Shown piece by piece: positions 46,578-56,616 of a DNA stretch of 64,000 nucleotides; the stretch's first letter is position 1, and each line of letters opens with the position of its first letter. This DNA is from Flavobacteriales bacterium. Its GTDB lineage: Bacteria > Bacteroidota > Bacteroidia > Flavobacteriales_D > Crocinitomicaceae. Below the pieces are notes generated by a model. The model made no database searches. It was not told the origin of the DNA and saw nothing but the letters and a program-made list of their open reading frames with translations. The stretch spans positions 12,783-76,782 of the forward strand of contig VEQH01000008.1 of the NCBI GenBank assembly GCA_018883325.1. Direction: 5' to 3'. The position numbers were made by a program, and so were the translations under genes.

Positions 46578-47555
46578 TTAAGGAATAATTGTTTTTTTGG
46601 TGTGCAAAAGTTGACCGTTTTTATCTTCTAATTGAAGAAGGTAGAAACCTGATTTTAAGTTTTTAAAACTTATCGTTCCCGTTGCGTTAAAGATTATCTG
46701 CGTTTGAATTAACTTTCCTTGTTGGTCAATTAATTTGCATTCACTTCCTTCGCTTAAGGCTTCCCATTTCAGGAATAGGTTTTGATTTTCAGTCCAAGTG
46801 GTGATTTTTGAATTTTCAATTTCTGACAATGAAGCAGTAAGTGCTTGTGTGAAAACAGGTTCCGTTTGAACATTGTCGAGAATTGTTTTATTAATCCCAA
46901 CTTCATCGTGAATAACACCCACGCTTGCCAAAGGAATATTTTTAATCCATTGTTCGATGTTGCAATCAACGTAAATATCAATTTGATTTGCTGAAGTATT
47001 TGTTTGAGTGATTGACAAACTCACAGACTCTTGATTATTGCTTCCTAAATTGTGTAGTTCGAAATACGCATCTGGATCTCCGTCAGAATGTGAATCGGAA
47101 TATCCCCCAATAATCATGTGCATATAACCTGCTTGCCAACCCCAATACATTGAAGGATCTTGAAAACTCAAAGGATGCGTTTCTGGATAGAGAGAAATAT
47201 CTTGTGATGCTGCACCCGATTGCGTATTCCATTTTTTAGGAACGCCAACCGTAAAATTCAATTGATCGATTTGGTTGACATCAAAAAATCCCAGTAAAAA
47301 CTTGTGATTATCGGGTTCAACGAGAAAAATCGCATCGTCTAAAATTATTTCTTGTCCAGCGTCGTGGCTTAGTAAAATTTCAGATAAATAATAATCGAAA
47401 TGGTCGAGTTTAAAAGCTTTGCCGTCTAAGGCTGTGTAATTCGTGTTTAAAGACATCGCAACACCATTAACTTTTGGGTTTAGGTGTAAATAAACCGCTT
47501 TTTGAGCAATTGAAATACTTGAAAACAAGCAAATAAAAACAATAATTAGACGCAT
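46578..47555 (-). CDS. MbnP-like protein with T9SS-CTD-like C-terminus
   Basis: LDHFDYYLSEILL, HPLSFQDPSMYWGWQAGYMHMIIGG and its position directly upstream of a di-haem peroxidase match my memory of MbnP-family proteins. The C-terminal ...SGFYLLQLEDKNGQLLHTKKTIIP resembles a T9SS sorting domain. Confidence 0.5.
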   Translation of the reverse strand: MRLIIVFICLFSSISIAQKAVYLHLNPKVNGVAMSLNTNYTALDGKAFKLDHFDYYLSEILLSHDAGQEIILDDAIFLVEPDNHKFLLGFFDVNQIDQLNFTVGVPKKWNTQSGAASQDISLYPETHPLSFQDPSMYWGWQAGYMHMIIGGYSDSHSDGDPDAYFELHNLGSNNQESVSLSITQTNTSANQIDIYVDCNIEQWIKNIPLASVGVIHDEVGINKTILDNVQTEPVFTQALTASLSEIENSKITTWTENQNLFLKWEALSEGSECKLIDQQGKLIQTQIIFNATGTISFKNLKSGFYLLQLEDKNGQLLHTKKTIIP

Positions 47556-47558
47556 AAA

Positions 47559-48329
47559 TTATTTTCGTGCAATGTACAACAATTCGTCTTTCATTAATCG
47601 GTATTTGGCAATAACTGCTGGATCAAATTTTTGTTTCGTGTCGTAAACAGCAACTTTAAATCCTGCTTTTTCAAGCCATTGTGGATAATCTCTACCAAAC
47701 AAGCGCACGTGGTCTTTTTGCCAAAAATGCTTTTCTCGTTCAGCGGGAGAAGTGATACTTGGATCTTCGTAAGTTGTTTCCCTCGACATATCTTGCGGCA
47801 CTTGCATAATTGCCCATCCACCAGGTTTCATCACACGGAAAATTTCTTTCATGCACTGAATCGGGTCGTCCACATGTTCCATAACGTGATTACAAAAAAC
47901 AACATCAAAACGATTTTCTTCCAATGGAATTTGGTGTAAATCAAAATGAATATCCGCGATTGGTGATTCCAAATCTCCGGTTAGATAGTTCAAGTTTTGT
48001 TGCTTTTTAAACAGGTGAATAAAGCATTGTTCGGGTGCGATGTGTAAAACGTTTAATTGCTTTGCTGTAAAGAAATCGCTTTCATTTTTAAGATATAACC
48101 ACATCAAGCGGTGACGTTCCAAGGTTAAATCATAAGGACACAAGACGTTTTCACGATGCGCAACATCAGAACCGTAAGAAAGAAATTTAGAAAAAGATTT
48201 TTCGCACACAGGGCATTCTACCTTGTTTCCTTTGTAAAGAATTGGCGCGAAAATTTTGAAAACGTAGCTCAATCGAATTAATAAAGGACGAGGAAGCTTA
48301 TTGAGAAGGTATTTATAAAGTTTTTTCAC
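47559..48329 (-). CDS. class I SAM-dependent methyltransferase
   Basis: VLHIAPE (motif I-like) and FDVVFCNHVMEHVDDP...MKPGGWAIM (Methyltransf_11-like), with an N-terminal CPVC...C..D Zn-ribbon-like segment. Confidence 0.7.
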   Translation of the reverse strand: MKKLYKYLLNKLPRPLLIRLSYVFKIFAPILYKGNKVECPVCEKSFSKFLSYGSDVAHRENVLCPYDLTLERHRLMWLYLKNESDFFTAKQLNVLHIAPEQCFIHLFKKQQNLNYLTGDLESPIADIHFDLHQIPLEENRFDVVFCNHVMEHVDDPIQCMKEIFRVMKPGGWAIMQVPQDMSRETTYEDPSITSPAEREKHFWQKDHVRLFGRDYPQWLEKAGFKVAVYDTKQKFDPAVIAKYRLMKDELLYIARK

Positions 48330-48393
48330 TAGACAAAGATAAGTTTAAATTCAAAATCGGATTAGGATTCTGAAAAACAAGGGTAAAGATTAA

Positions 48394-48969
48394 TTATTTC
48401 TTCGTTATTAAAAGTTGTTTGAGGACCTCTGGAAAATAATTCATTTCCAATTCGTGAATTTTTGCGGCTAAACTTTCAGGTGTTTCGTTTGGTGAAAGAT
48501 CGGTTTCAAACTGAGCAATGATTTTTCCTTTATCAAATTCTTCATTTACAAAGTGGATGCTGATTCCAGATTTTTGTTCTTTCGCTTCCAAAACAGCCTT
48601 GTGAACATGCATTCCATACATTCCTTTTCCGCCAAATTTAGGAAGCAAAGAAGGATGTAAATTAACGATTTTATTGGGGAATTTCTGAACTAATTCTACT
48701 GGAATTTTTTTTAAAAACCCAGCTAAAATTATCCAATCAGTTTTATTTTTATCGCAAAAATTGATTAATTCAAGCGTTTCTATTGGTTTTTGAGCAAATG
48801 ATTCGTAATTAATTCCCTCCGTTTTACAAAGGCTTTCTACGCTTTCATTTTCTTTTGTTGACAACACTGCGGCAATTTCAACTTCTGAAGATTTTTTGAA
48901 ATAATGAATAAGATTAATTGCGTTCGAACCTTTTCCAGAAATGAAAATGCTTAATCGTTGTTTTGTCAT
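48394..48969 (-). CDS. purN: phosphoribosylglycinamide formyltransferase
   Basis: I prefer the ATG at 48969 (MTKQRLSIFISGKGSNA). NLHPSLLPKFGG and the ...IHFV.EE.D.G.II motifs are classic PurN. Confidence 0.9.
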   Translation of the reverse strand: MTKQRLSIFISGKGSNAINLIHYFKKSSEVEIAAVLSTKENESVESLCKTEGINYESFAQKPIETLELINFCDKNKTDWIILAGFLKKIPVELVQKFPNKIVNLHPSLLPKFGGKGMYGMHVHKAVLEAKEQKSGISIHFVNEEFDKGKIIAQFETDLSPNETPESLAAKIHELEMNYFPEVLKQLLITKK

Positions 48970-48973
48970 TTTG

Positions 48974-48981
48974 CAAAGATA
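48974..48981 (-). promoter_or_regulatory. -7 promoter box TAnnTTTG
   Basis: The minus strand reads TATCTTTG-caaa-ATG(48969). Confidence 0.4.
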
Positions 48982-49091
48982 ATTCAAATTGAAACCTTCG
49001 CAATTTTTGATGGAAATCTATTAAAACGAAAAGGCTTATGCTTGATTCTTGTGAAATTCAAGTATCTTTCCGACCTCTAATTTGAAATTTC

Positions 49092-49307
49092 ATGCAAGAA
49101 TATACAGAATACATCGGTTACGTAGCATCAGGACTCGTTTTGATTTCCTTCATAATGAAAAAAATAACTTATTTGCGCGTTATCAATAGCTTTGGTTGTG
49201 CGTTTTTCATCGTTTACGGAACACTTTTATCCTCTGTCCCGATTGTGATTACCAATGCAGCGATTGTTATGATTAACATTTACTATTTGACCAGAAAGAC
49301 AGCCTAA
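49092..49307 (+). CDS. small two/three-helix membrane protein (YgjV-like)
   Basis: 71 aa, strongly hydrophobic (GYVASGLVLISFIM..., AFFIVYGTLLSSVPIVITNAAIVMINIYYL). Confidence 0.45.
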   Translation: MQEYTEYIGYVASGLVLISFIMKKITYLRVINSFGCAFFIVYGTLLSSVPIVITNAAIVMINIYYLTRKTA

Positions 49308-49328
49308 CTATTTCAAGCAATTATTTTC

Positions 49329-50084
49329 TCAAATCTTCAGTGAAAAACCAAGCAAAAGCGTTCCGTAGTGAGTACGTTTTTTTGAATGATTGGCAATGTA
49401 GGAAACATCAATTTGGTATTTGTTTTTTAAGGCATAAATAAGACCAAAATCATAGCTTGCTTCAAAGAAATTAGTGTTTACATTCCAATAGTTGAAGTTC
49501 TCAACAAAAGCTCCAATTTCGTCGGTTAAATTAAAATTCAAACAAGTTGACTCGTTGAGATAGCTTGATTTTTGGCCAAGAAAACTAATAAATCCAAAGT
49601 TGTAGTTAATGCTGAAAAATTTAGATAAATTGTTTTGAAAAAGAAATCCAGTCTCGTAACCAAAGGCGTTAATTATCTTACTTTTTTTCGTAAAACACAA
49701 GCCCGAATAGGTATTAACTAAAATCGCTGTTTCGGGTATAAATTTCTTTTCTTTTATCAACTTTTGTTTAATACCAACGGAAGTAAAATTTCCATCATAA
49801 GCTCTTGTTTTCGTTATAAAATCCTGAGATTGAGGGGTTGTATTGACGGCTATTCTCAACTCCGCTTTGGAGCAAATAGCTCTTCTTAACATACAACTTG
49901 GCACCAACAAATCCGGCCATTTACTTGTGCTTGTCAGCCCATATCCTGCCTCGAAATACCATTTCTTGGGCATTGTTAAATATGGGCTGTCAGCAACACC
50001 TGGACGGTCGAAAACCAAAACTGAATCTTGTGCAAAGACGTAAGGAAGCATTACGCATGCAACAATCACAATCCAATATTTCAT
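49329..50084 (-). CDS. outer-membrane beta-barrel protein (MetA-pathway/transporter-like)
   Basis: Signal peptide, DRPGVADSPY...WYFEAGYG N-terminal pattern, alternating beta-strand character, and a C-terminal ...LLGFSLKI. Confidence 0.45.
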   Translation of the reverse strand: MKYWIVIVACVMLPYVFAQDSVLVFDRPGVADSPYLTMPKKWYFEAGYGLTSTSKWPDLLVPSCMLRRAICSKAELRIAVNTTPQSQDFITKTRAYDGNFTSVGIKQKLIKEKKFIPETAILVNTYSGLCFTKKSKIINAFGYETGFLFQNNLSKFFSINYNFGFISFLGQKSSYLNESTCLNFNLTDEIGAFVENFNYWNVNTNFFEASYDFGLIYALKNKYQIDVSYIANHSKKRTHYGTLLLGFSLKI

Positions 50085-50093
50085 AAGTCCTTT

Positions 50094-50792
50094 TTAAAAT
50101 AAAAACGTGAGTTTTATTCCAAGTAAAATGTTCTTATTTGAGCGCACATTGTTTGATGGATTTAGGTAAATACCTTTGAATCCGTAGTCGAAAATAAAGT
50201 TCGTTTTAAAAATATTTCCACCAGCCACATCAAAGTCACAACCCAACGAAAATCGCAAAGGAAAATCAAACGTGTTGTAGTTTTCTTTTAAACTAACGGG
50301 TCGGTGAAATCCGTCGTCAATGCTTTTCCAAATACGTTCCGCTTTGAAAATGTACATTGGTACGATTCCAAAACCTAAGGAAAGTCTGGTATTTCTAAAA
50401 ACATCCTTGTTGTGGCGATAAACAATTAACAGAGGCATTTCGATTGTTGAGACCTTGTATCTTAATCGGCCTGTAGAATCAGGATTCCCAATGGATTGAT
50501 CTAAGTCGGGAGTGTAAATTCCCATTCCGCGTTGTTGCAAACCAAAATCAGCCGAAATCCCCAAACCTTTGTAGATATAATATTCCGAGCTTAAATGAAT
50601 TCCCAAACTCGGACGGTAGAAAGAAGAGTCGCGTAAATCTCTAAAATTTGCCCAGGAGTTGTTAACCGAAAAACCTATCAAGAAATTTTTATTGAACTTT
50701 TGGTATTTATCAAAATAATTCGTTTTCTCGGGTTGTTGCGAATACGCAAACAATGCAACGAAAAGTGTCAGTGAAAAAAATAATTGTTTCAT
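50094..50792 (-). CDS. outer-membrane beta-barrel (porin-family) protein
   Basis: I prefer the ATG at 50792 (MKQLFFSLTLFVALFAYSQQ), 1 nt after the TolC-like stop. It has alternating hydrophobic strands and a terminal ...LGIKLTFLF. Confidence 0.5.
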   Translation of the reverse strand: MKQLFFSLTLFVALFAYSQQPEKTNYFDKYQKFNKNFLIGFSVNNSWANFRDLRDSSFYRPSLGIHLSSEYYIYKGLGISADFGLQQRGMGIYTPDLDQSIGNPDSTGRLRYKVSTIEMPLLIVYRHNKDVFRNTRLSLGFGIVPMYIFKAERIWKSIDDGFHRPVSLKENYNTFDFPLRFSLGCDFDVAGGNIFKTNFIFDYGFKGIYLNPSNNVRSNKNILLGIKLTFLF

Positions 50793-50793
50793 T

Positions 50794-52044
50794 TTAAAGT
50801 TTTTTAATGTCAGCGCCAATGGCAAAATTCAATTGATTAATAGCATCATAATAGTTTCTAGTTGCTTGAATTAGGTTCATTTTGTATTCTAAGTAACTAC
50901 GTTGATAATCAATGTATTCATAAAGATTAATGTTCTTTTTCTCAAAATTTACACGTGCATTTTCAGAGAGTTTTTCCATATCACTTGTAATTTCGGAATT
51001 GAAAGATGCTCTTAATTCGATGGCTTTTTGTAAAGTTTGATATGCTGTGTTCACTTCACTTTTAATCTCATCGGTTTTGTATTCCAACAATAATTTATTT
51101 TGATCAATTTTGATTTTTGCAGCTGCAATATCACCTTGATTTCTATTAAAAATTGGAATTCCCATTTCAAAAACCATCCCTGAATACGGTCGAACAAAGT
51201 TGGATCCTCCATCTAAAGGTTGATAACCTAATTTTACATTTGGAACCGCTTTCGATTTTTGCTTTTTGAGATTTGCTTTATAAAATTCAATGTTTGTTTT
51301 TGCAATCATAAAATCGGGACGATTCGCAATAGACAATTCTGCTAACTGTTCTTCTTTTAAATTTGGAATAAGCGGATTGGGGTCTGTGGTCACTTCAAGC
51401 GATACTGTCAATGGCAAATGCATCAACATTTTTAACTTGTGTTCGCTTTCCAAAGCACTTCTCAAATTGGAATTAATTTCATTTAAAATAGACTGACGCT
51501 CAGACTTTAAGCGGATTAATTCACTTTCTGAATTGATACCCAATTCTTTTCCTTTCGCGCAACGTTCAATCAATTTATCGTATTGTCCAAGGGATTGATT
51601 CAACAGGTTATTTGTTTCCATCAGGCTTGCAAAATCGTAGTAAGCAATACTGTAATCGAGAACCAAACTTCGAATAACATCTGATAAAGCGTGTGTTGCG
51701 AGTTCTTTGCCGATTTTTGCTTCCCTAATCGTATTTATTTTAACTCCAGAAACAGAGAAAACATACTCTAATTGAATCAGCTTTTGGTTTGCAAACCTGA
51801 AATAGCTATTTTGGGCAATACTGTACATTTCAGCATTCCAGACAAAAGTTGGATTATCCCAAAGTTTTGCCTGAATAAGCTCAGCTTCCGAAATGTCAAC
51901 GTTGTAATATTCAGCCATCAACGCAATATTTTCTTTCAGCATTTTTGCTTTTCCTTGCTCAAAATCAATTTTAAGCTTTTCATTCGTTTGTGCCCAGTTA
52001 TTCAATGAGAAAAACAAGAGCAACATAAGTGTTATAGATTTCAT
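50794..52044 (-). CDS. TolC-family outer membrane efflux protein
   Basis: 416 aa with a signal peptide and two-repeat OEP-like helical/beta character. Its start overlaps the RND gene stop by 4 nt. Confidence 0.75.
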   Translation of the reverse strand: MKSITLMLLLFFSLNNWAQTNEKLKIDFEQGKAKMLKENIALMAEYYNVDISEAELIQAKLWDNPTFVWNAEMYSIAQNSYFRFANQKLIQLEYVFSVSGVKINTIREAKIGKELATHALSDVIRSLVLDYSIAYYDFASLMETNNLLNQSLGQYDKLIERCAKGKELGINSESELIRLKSERQSILNEINSNLRSALESEHKLKMLMHLPLTVSLEVTTDPNPLIPNLKEEQLAELSIANRPDFMIAKTNIEFYKANLKKQKSKAVPNVKLGYQPLDGGSNFVRPYSGMVFEMGIPIFNRNQGDIAAAKIKIDQNKLLLEYKTDEIKSEVNTAYQTLQKAIELRASFNSEITSDMEKLSENARVNFEKKNINLYEYIDYQRSYLEYKMNLIQATRNYYDAINQLNFAIGADIKKL

Positions 52045-55000
52045 TCTTCGATAGCTTTTTGTTTATTAATTTTTTTATTGTAGCTTTTTAAATTTGCCCA
52101 ATAGAAGATTACAGGGAAAGTAAGTAGCGTTAAAATAGTTGCTGTTATTAGTCCTCCAATGATTACAATGGCTAAAGGTTTCTGACTTTCAGAACCAATT
52201 CCCGTTGACAATGCAGCAGGCAATAATCCAATCGCAGCCATCAATGCCGTCATCACAACTGGACGAATTCTGCTTTTAACACCTTCAATTATTGCATCGG
52301 TTAAAGCCATTTTTGCTTTCATGTTTTTGGTGAAAACAGAAATAAGAATTACTCCATTTTGGACACAAATTCCAAACAAAGCAATAAATCCAACACCTGC
52401 AGAAATTCCAAAATTCATCCCTGTCAAATGGAGCGCGAAAATCCCACCAATTAAAGCAAAGGGAACATTCAACAATACTAAGCCAGCGTCTTTGGAATTC
52501 CCAAACAAAATAAGTAGCAAAATAAAAATTCCAATAAGCGAAAGCGGCACTACTTTCACTAAAGTATCCGTTGCACGCACTTGATTTTCAAATTCTCCAG
52601 TCCAAACGATTTCGTATTCCTTTGGAAGCTTAACAGCCATTTCTACTTTTTTCTGAGCATCTGCAATTGTACTTCCTAAGTCGCGTTCGCGCACCGAAAA
52701 TTTCACTCCAATAAATCGTTTATTGTTGTCTCTATAAACGAATGCTGGACCTGTAACTTTTTTAATCTGAGCTATTTCATTCAATGGAATTATGGATGCG
52801 TTTTCTGTTGGAATCATCAATTTGAGAATTTTTTCTTCGCTATCTCTAAATGTTTGTGGGTAACGAATTCGAATATTGAAGCGCGATTCTCCTTCGTATT
52901 TTTCAGAAATTGTTTTACCCCCAATTGCCATTTCAATTATATCTTGTGCGTTTTTAAGTTTCACACCATACACCGCCATTTTTTGCTTATCCAAATGGAT
53001 TTGCATTTCAGGTTGACCAATGTTTCGAAGAATACCTGCATCTTTCACTCCCTCAACATTTTTCATTGCGTTGAGAACGAGCGTTGACAAACTATCTAAA
53101 ACGCGTAAATCTGGACCGAAAATTTTAATTGCATTGTTGGCATTCATTCCGGCAACCGCCTCCGCAACGTTGTCAATAATTGGTTGCGAATAATTAAAGT
53201 TGATACCTGGATGCTTTTTCATTTCTTGATCCATTTCAGCAATCAAATCATCGACAGATAAACCTTTTCGCCATTCGTCTTTAGGTTTTAGGTTCACTTG
53301 CATTTGCACGTAGAAAAATCCACTTGGATCGGTTCCGTCGTTGGAGCGTCCTGTTTGGGAAAGAACACCATTCACTTCAGGAAACTTATTGAGTTCTTTT
53401 CTTAAAATTCGAACCTGTTTTGTCGTTTCATCAAGTGACATACTCATTGGCATTTTTGCTTCAACCCAAAGTGCTCCCTCGTTTAAGGTTGGTAAAAATT
53501 CTGTTCCTAACCATTTGGTTGAAAACAAGCTGAAAACAAGAATCGATACAGAAATAAGGAATATTTTCGTCTTGTTCTTGAACGACCATTCAACGCCTCG
53601 TCCAAATTGATTATCGAAAAAGCGAACAAAGAAATTGTGTTTTTCACGTACATTTTTCTTCAATAAAATAGAGGATAAAACGGGAACTAAAGTCAAGGTA
53701 AACAACAAGGCACCAAGCAGTGCAAAACCAAGAGTGAAAGCCAACGGAGAGAACATTTTACCTTCCACTTTTTGAAAAGCAAAGATTGGTAACAAGGCAG
53801 TGATGATAATCAATTTTGAAAAGAAAACCGCTTTACCCATCTCTACACCAGTGCTTTTAATCAAGCCCATTTTCGACATTTTGTTGAAGCGCTCCATTCC
53901 AACTTTCTTTGCTTGGTGGTCAAGCACCACGAAAATTCCTTCCACCATTACGACGGCTCCGTCGATGATGATTCCAAAATCTACTGCTCCTAATGACAAT
54001 AAATTCGCACTCATACCCTTCAAGTAGAGCATAAAAAAGGAGAACAACAACGACAATGGAATAATGATTGAAACGATAACTGTTGTTCGCCAATCAGCCA
54101 TAAACAAAAACACTATTACTGTTACAAAAATGATTCCTTCCACTAAATTTTTTGAAACTGTTTTCGTACAATAAGCCATCAAATTATCACGGTCGTAAAA
54201 GGTTTCCATTTTTACATCGCTCGGCAATACGTTTTCATTCAAATGCTCGATTTTTTCTTTAACGCGTCCTAAAACTTCACTAGGATTTTCGCCTTTACGC
54301 ATAACAATAATTCCTTCAACAACATCGTCTTTATCGTCTAAGCCAACCTTACCAACTCGCTGAGAACCTGTAATTTCAACGTTTGCACAATGTTTTATCA
54401 AGAGTGGTGTTCCGTTGTAGTTTTTAACTATTGTGTTTTCAATATCTGAAACGTCGTTTATCAAACCAAGTCCGCGAACCACAAACGCTTGCTCGTTGGT
54501 ATTGATAACATCGCCTCCAACATTGAGGTTACTGTTATTGATTGCTTCTTGTAGTTCAAAAACAGTTATTCCATATTTTGCCAACTGCAAAGGATCGGGT
54601 TGAATTTCATAGATTTTTTCTTGTCCCCCAAAAGCCACAATATCAGCAACTCCAGGCACAGCGCGCAATTGTCTGTCGATTACCCAATTTTGAATGGTCA
54701 ATAAATCAATGGAAGAGCGATTTGTTCCTTTCAAAACATAGCGAAAAATCTCACCCGTTGGACCATAAGGCGGTTGTACATTGGGTTCAACACCATCTGG
54801 AAGTTTTACATTTCGCAACAAATTGTTTACTTGTTGGCGCGCAAAAAAGTCTTCTACATCGTCTTCAAAAATAATTTTGATTATTGAAAGACCAAACATT
54901 GTAATAGAACGAACATTTGTTTTTTTCTGCACTGAATTCATTGCTACTTCAATCGGAATAGAAACAAAACGTTCAACCTCTTCCGCACTTCTTCCTTTCC

Positions 55001-55166
55001 AATCAGTTACAATAATAATTTGCGTATTGGTGACATCTGGAAATGCTTCAAGTGGTGTGTTTAAAAAGCTGAAAATACCGGCAACAGATAAAATTCCAAC
55101 TAAAATGAAAGTGAGGGCTTTGTTTTTCAAAGAAAAACCAATAATGCCCTTAATGAACTTATTCAT
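52041..55166 (-). CDS. CzcA/CusA-family heavy-metal efflux RND permease
   Basis: 1041 aa. The N-terminus ...LNTPLEAFPDVTNTQIIIVTDWKGRSAEEVERFVSIPIE is characteristic of HME-RND pumps. It has 12-TM architecture. Confidence 0.9.
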   Translation of the reverse strand: MNKFIKGIIGFSLKNKALTFILVGILSVAGIFSFLNTPLEAFPDVTNTQIIIVTDWKGRSAEEVERFVSIPIEVAMNSVQKKTNVRSITMFGLSIIKIIFEDDVEDFFARQQVNNLLRNVKLPDGVEPNVQPPYGPTGEIFRYVLKGTNRSSIDLLTIQNWVIDRQLRAVPGVADIVAFGGQEKIYEIQPDPLQLAKYGITVFELQEAINNSNLNVGGDVINTNEQAFVVRGLGLINDVSDIENTIVKNYNGTPLLIKHCANVEITGSQRVGKVGLDDKDDVVEGIIVMRKGENPSEVLGRVKEKIEHLNENVLPSDVKMETFYDRDNLMAYCTKTVSKNLVEGIIFVTVIVFLFMADWRTTVIVSIIIPLSLLFSFFMLYLKGMSANLLSLGAVDFGIIIDGAVVMVEGIFVVLDHQAKKVGMERFNKMSKMGLIKSTGVEMGKAVFFSKLIIITALLPIFAFQKVEGKMFSPLAFTLGFALLGALLFTLTLVPVLSSILLKKNVREKHNFFVRFFDNQFGRGVEWSFKNKTKIFLISVSILVFSLFSTKWLGTEFLPTLNEGALWVEAKMPMSMSLDETTKQVRILRKELNKFPEVNGVLSQTGRSNDGTDPSGFFYVQMQVNLKPKDEWRKGLSVDDLIAEMDQEMKKHPGINFNYSQPIIDNVAEAVAGMNANNAIKIFGPDLRVLDSLSTLVLNAMKNVEGVKDAGILRNIGQPEMQIHLDKQKMAVYGVKLKNAQDIIEMAIGGKTISEKYEGESRFNIRIRYPQTFRDSEEKILKLMIPTENASIIPLNEIAQIKKVTGPAFVYRDNNKRFIGVKFSVRERDLGSTIADAQKKVEMAVKLPKEYEIVWTGEFENQVRATDTLVKVVPLSLIGIFILLLILFGNSKDAGLVLLNVPFALIGGIFALHLTGMNFGISAGVGFIALFGICVQNGVILISVFTKNMKAKMALTDAIIEGVKSRIRPVVMTALMAAIGLLPAALSTGIGSESQKPLAIVIIGGLITATILTLLTFPVIFYWANLKSYNKKINKQKAIEE

Positions 55167-55201
55167 AAGATTTATAAGAAATTAATAAGTAAAAAATGAA
55201 C

Positions 55202-56281
55202 TTAATCGTTCAAGGCATCATATACATAAAGCTGATTTTTAGTAATCAACTTTTCTCCAGCAGCAAGTCCACTTGAAATAAAGGCAACCTTATCCGTTTG
55301 CGTGTAAACTTCAACTTCGCGGGTTTCTATGTTTTTCTTTGAATGAAAAACCATCACAAAATATTTGTTCTTGTCAAAGATGATTGCGTTTTTATCAATT
55401 GCAATCATTTGTCCATTCTCTTTAAAATTCAATTTTCCAGAACAGAACATTTCAGGTTTTAGTTTATAACCGTCGTTTTTCAATAAAACGCGGGCTTTAA
55501 TTGTTTTTGTTACGGGATCTATCAAATTTTCAATTCTTGAAATTGTTCCTCTAATAACTGAGTCAGAAGCTATTGTTTGAATTTTAACTTGTTGTCCAAG
55601 TTTAATTTTCGGAATGTCTTTCTCATAAATATCAAACGCAACATAGACCTCATCTAAGCGAGCAACAGAAAAAAGATAATCCGAAGCATCTGAACGAATT
55701 TGCATATTTGGACCTACTTTTTTCTCAAGAATAAATCCTGCAACTGGCGATTTTACTACATATTTTCCACCATCAGTTATGGAATAAACTTCATAAACTT
55801 CTTTCAAACGATCTAACTCAGCTTTAGCTAATTGCAAATCCTTTTTGGCATAAGCTAATTCTCGTTCAGTACTAAAACTCGTTTTGAATAAATCTTGTTG
55901 AATTTGGTAGTTCTTTTTTGCAATTTGATATTCATCTTCGGCAGCTAAAAGTTCTTTTTCGAATTCACGAGCCTCACCAGAATTGAGTGTTACCAATGCT
56001 TTGCGTGTGTCAACTAAGTCACCAATTTCAAAATTTACGCTAATGACTTTTCCACCAATCATTGGAAAAACATTCACTAGGTTATTTTCGTCTGGAATAA
56101 CTTTTCCATTTAAAGTTATTTCTCCTTCCAATTGCTGTAATTCAGCTATATCAAAGTGCAAAGCACTAATTTGTTTGTCTGTTAATTGTTTTGGTTTGTT
56201 TTCGTCTGCAACAATTTTTTCTGAACAGGCCGCAGTTACGAACAACACAAGTAATACACTTGTGAAAAATGTCTTTTTCAT
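55202..56281 (-). CDS. RND efflux periplasmic adaptor (HlyD/CzcB-like)
   Basis: Lipobox VTAAC, a coiled-coil hairpin segment (AEDEYQIAKKNYQIQQDLF...AKAELDRLKEVYE), and barrel-sandwich motifs. Confidence 0.85.
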   Translation of the reverse strand: MKKTFFTSVLLVLFVTAACSEKIVADENKPKQLTDKQISALHFDIAELQQLEGEITLNGKVIPDENNLVNVFPMIGGKVISVNFEIGDLVDTRKALVTLNSGEAREFEKELLAAEDEYQIAKKNYQIQQDLFKTSFSTERELAYAKKDLQLAKAELDRLKEVYEVYSITDGGKYVVKSPVAGFILEKKVGPNMQIRSDASDYLFSVARLDEVYVAFDIYEKDIPKIKLGQQVKIQTIASDSVIRGTISRIENLIDPVTKTIKARVLLKNDGYKLKPEMFCSGKLNFKENGQMIAIDKNAIIFDKNKYFVMVFHSKKNIETREVEVYTQTDKVAFISSGLAAGEKLITKNQLYVYDALND

Positions 56282-56616
56282 TTCAATTGATTTTTTTGTA
56301 ATTAAGAATTTTGTTGATCCTAAAATCTGGGCGCTTAGTCGGAAGTTGAACGCTTATAAGACCGTTGCAAACCAAAACGGAAGAATTTCTCTAGCACAAT
56401 AACATTCACTTAAATAATTGACCGTTTAAAAAACAGCTTTTTAAAAATGTCATAATTAAATTAAAACACTGTTTTACAATTATTTATTAAAAAACAGCTG
56501 AGTAATTTTAATTCAAAACCTAGAAAATTGTTCAGATTACACTAAATGGGACGCTAAACCACACTTTCAATTGATTTTAACCTCCAAATTTTAGGATAAA
56601 GGGGGAATTGATTATT

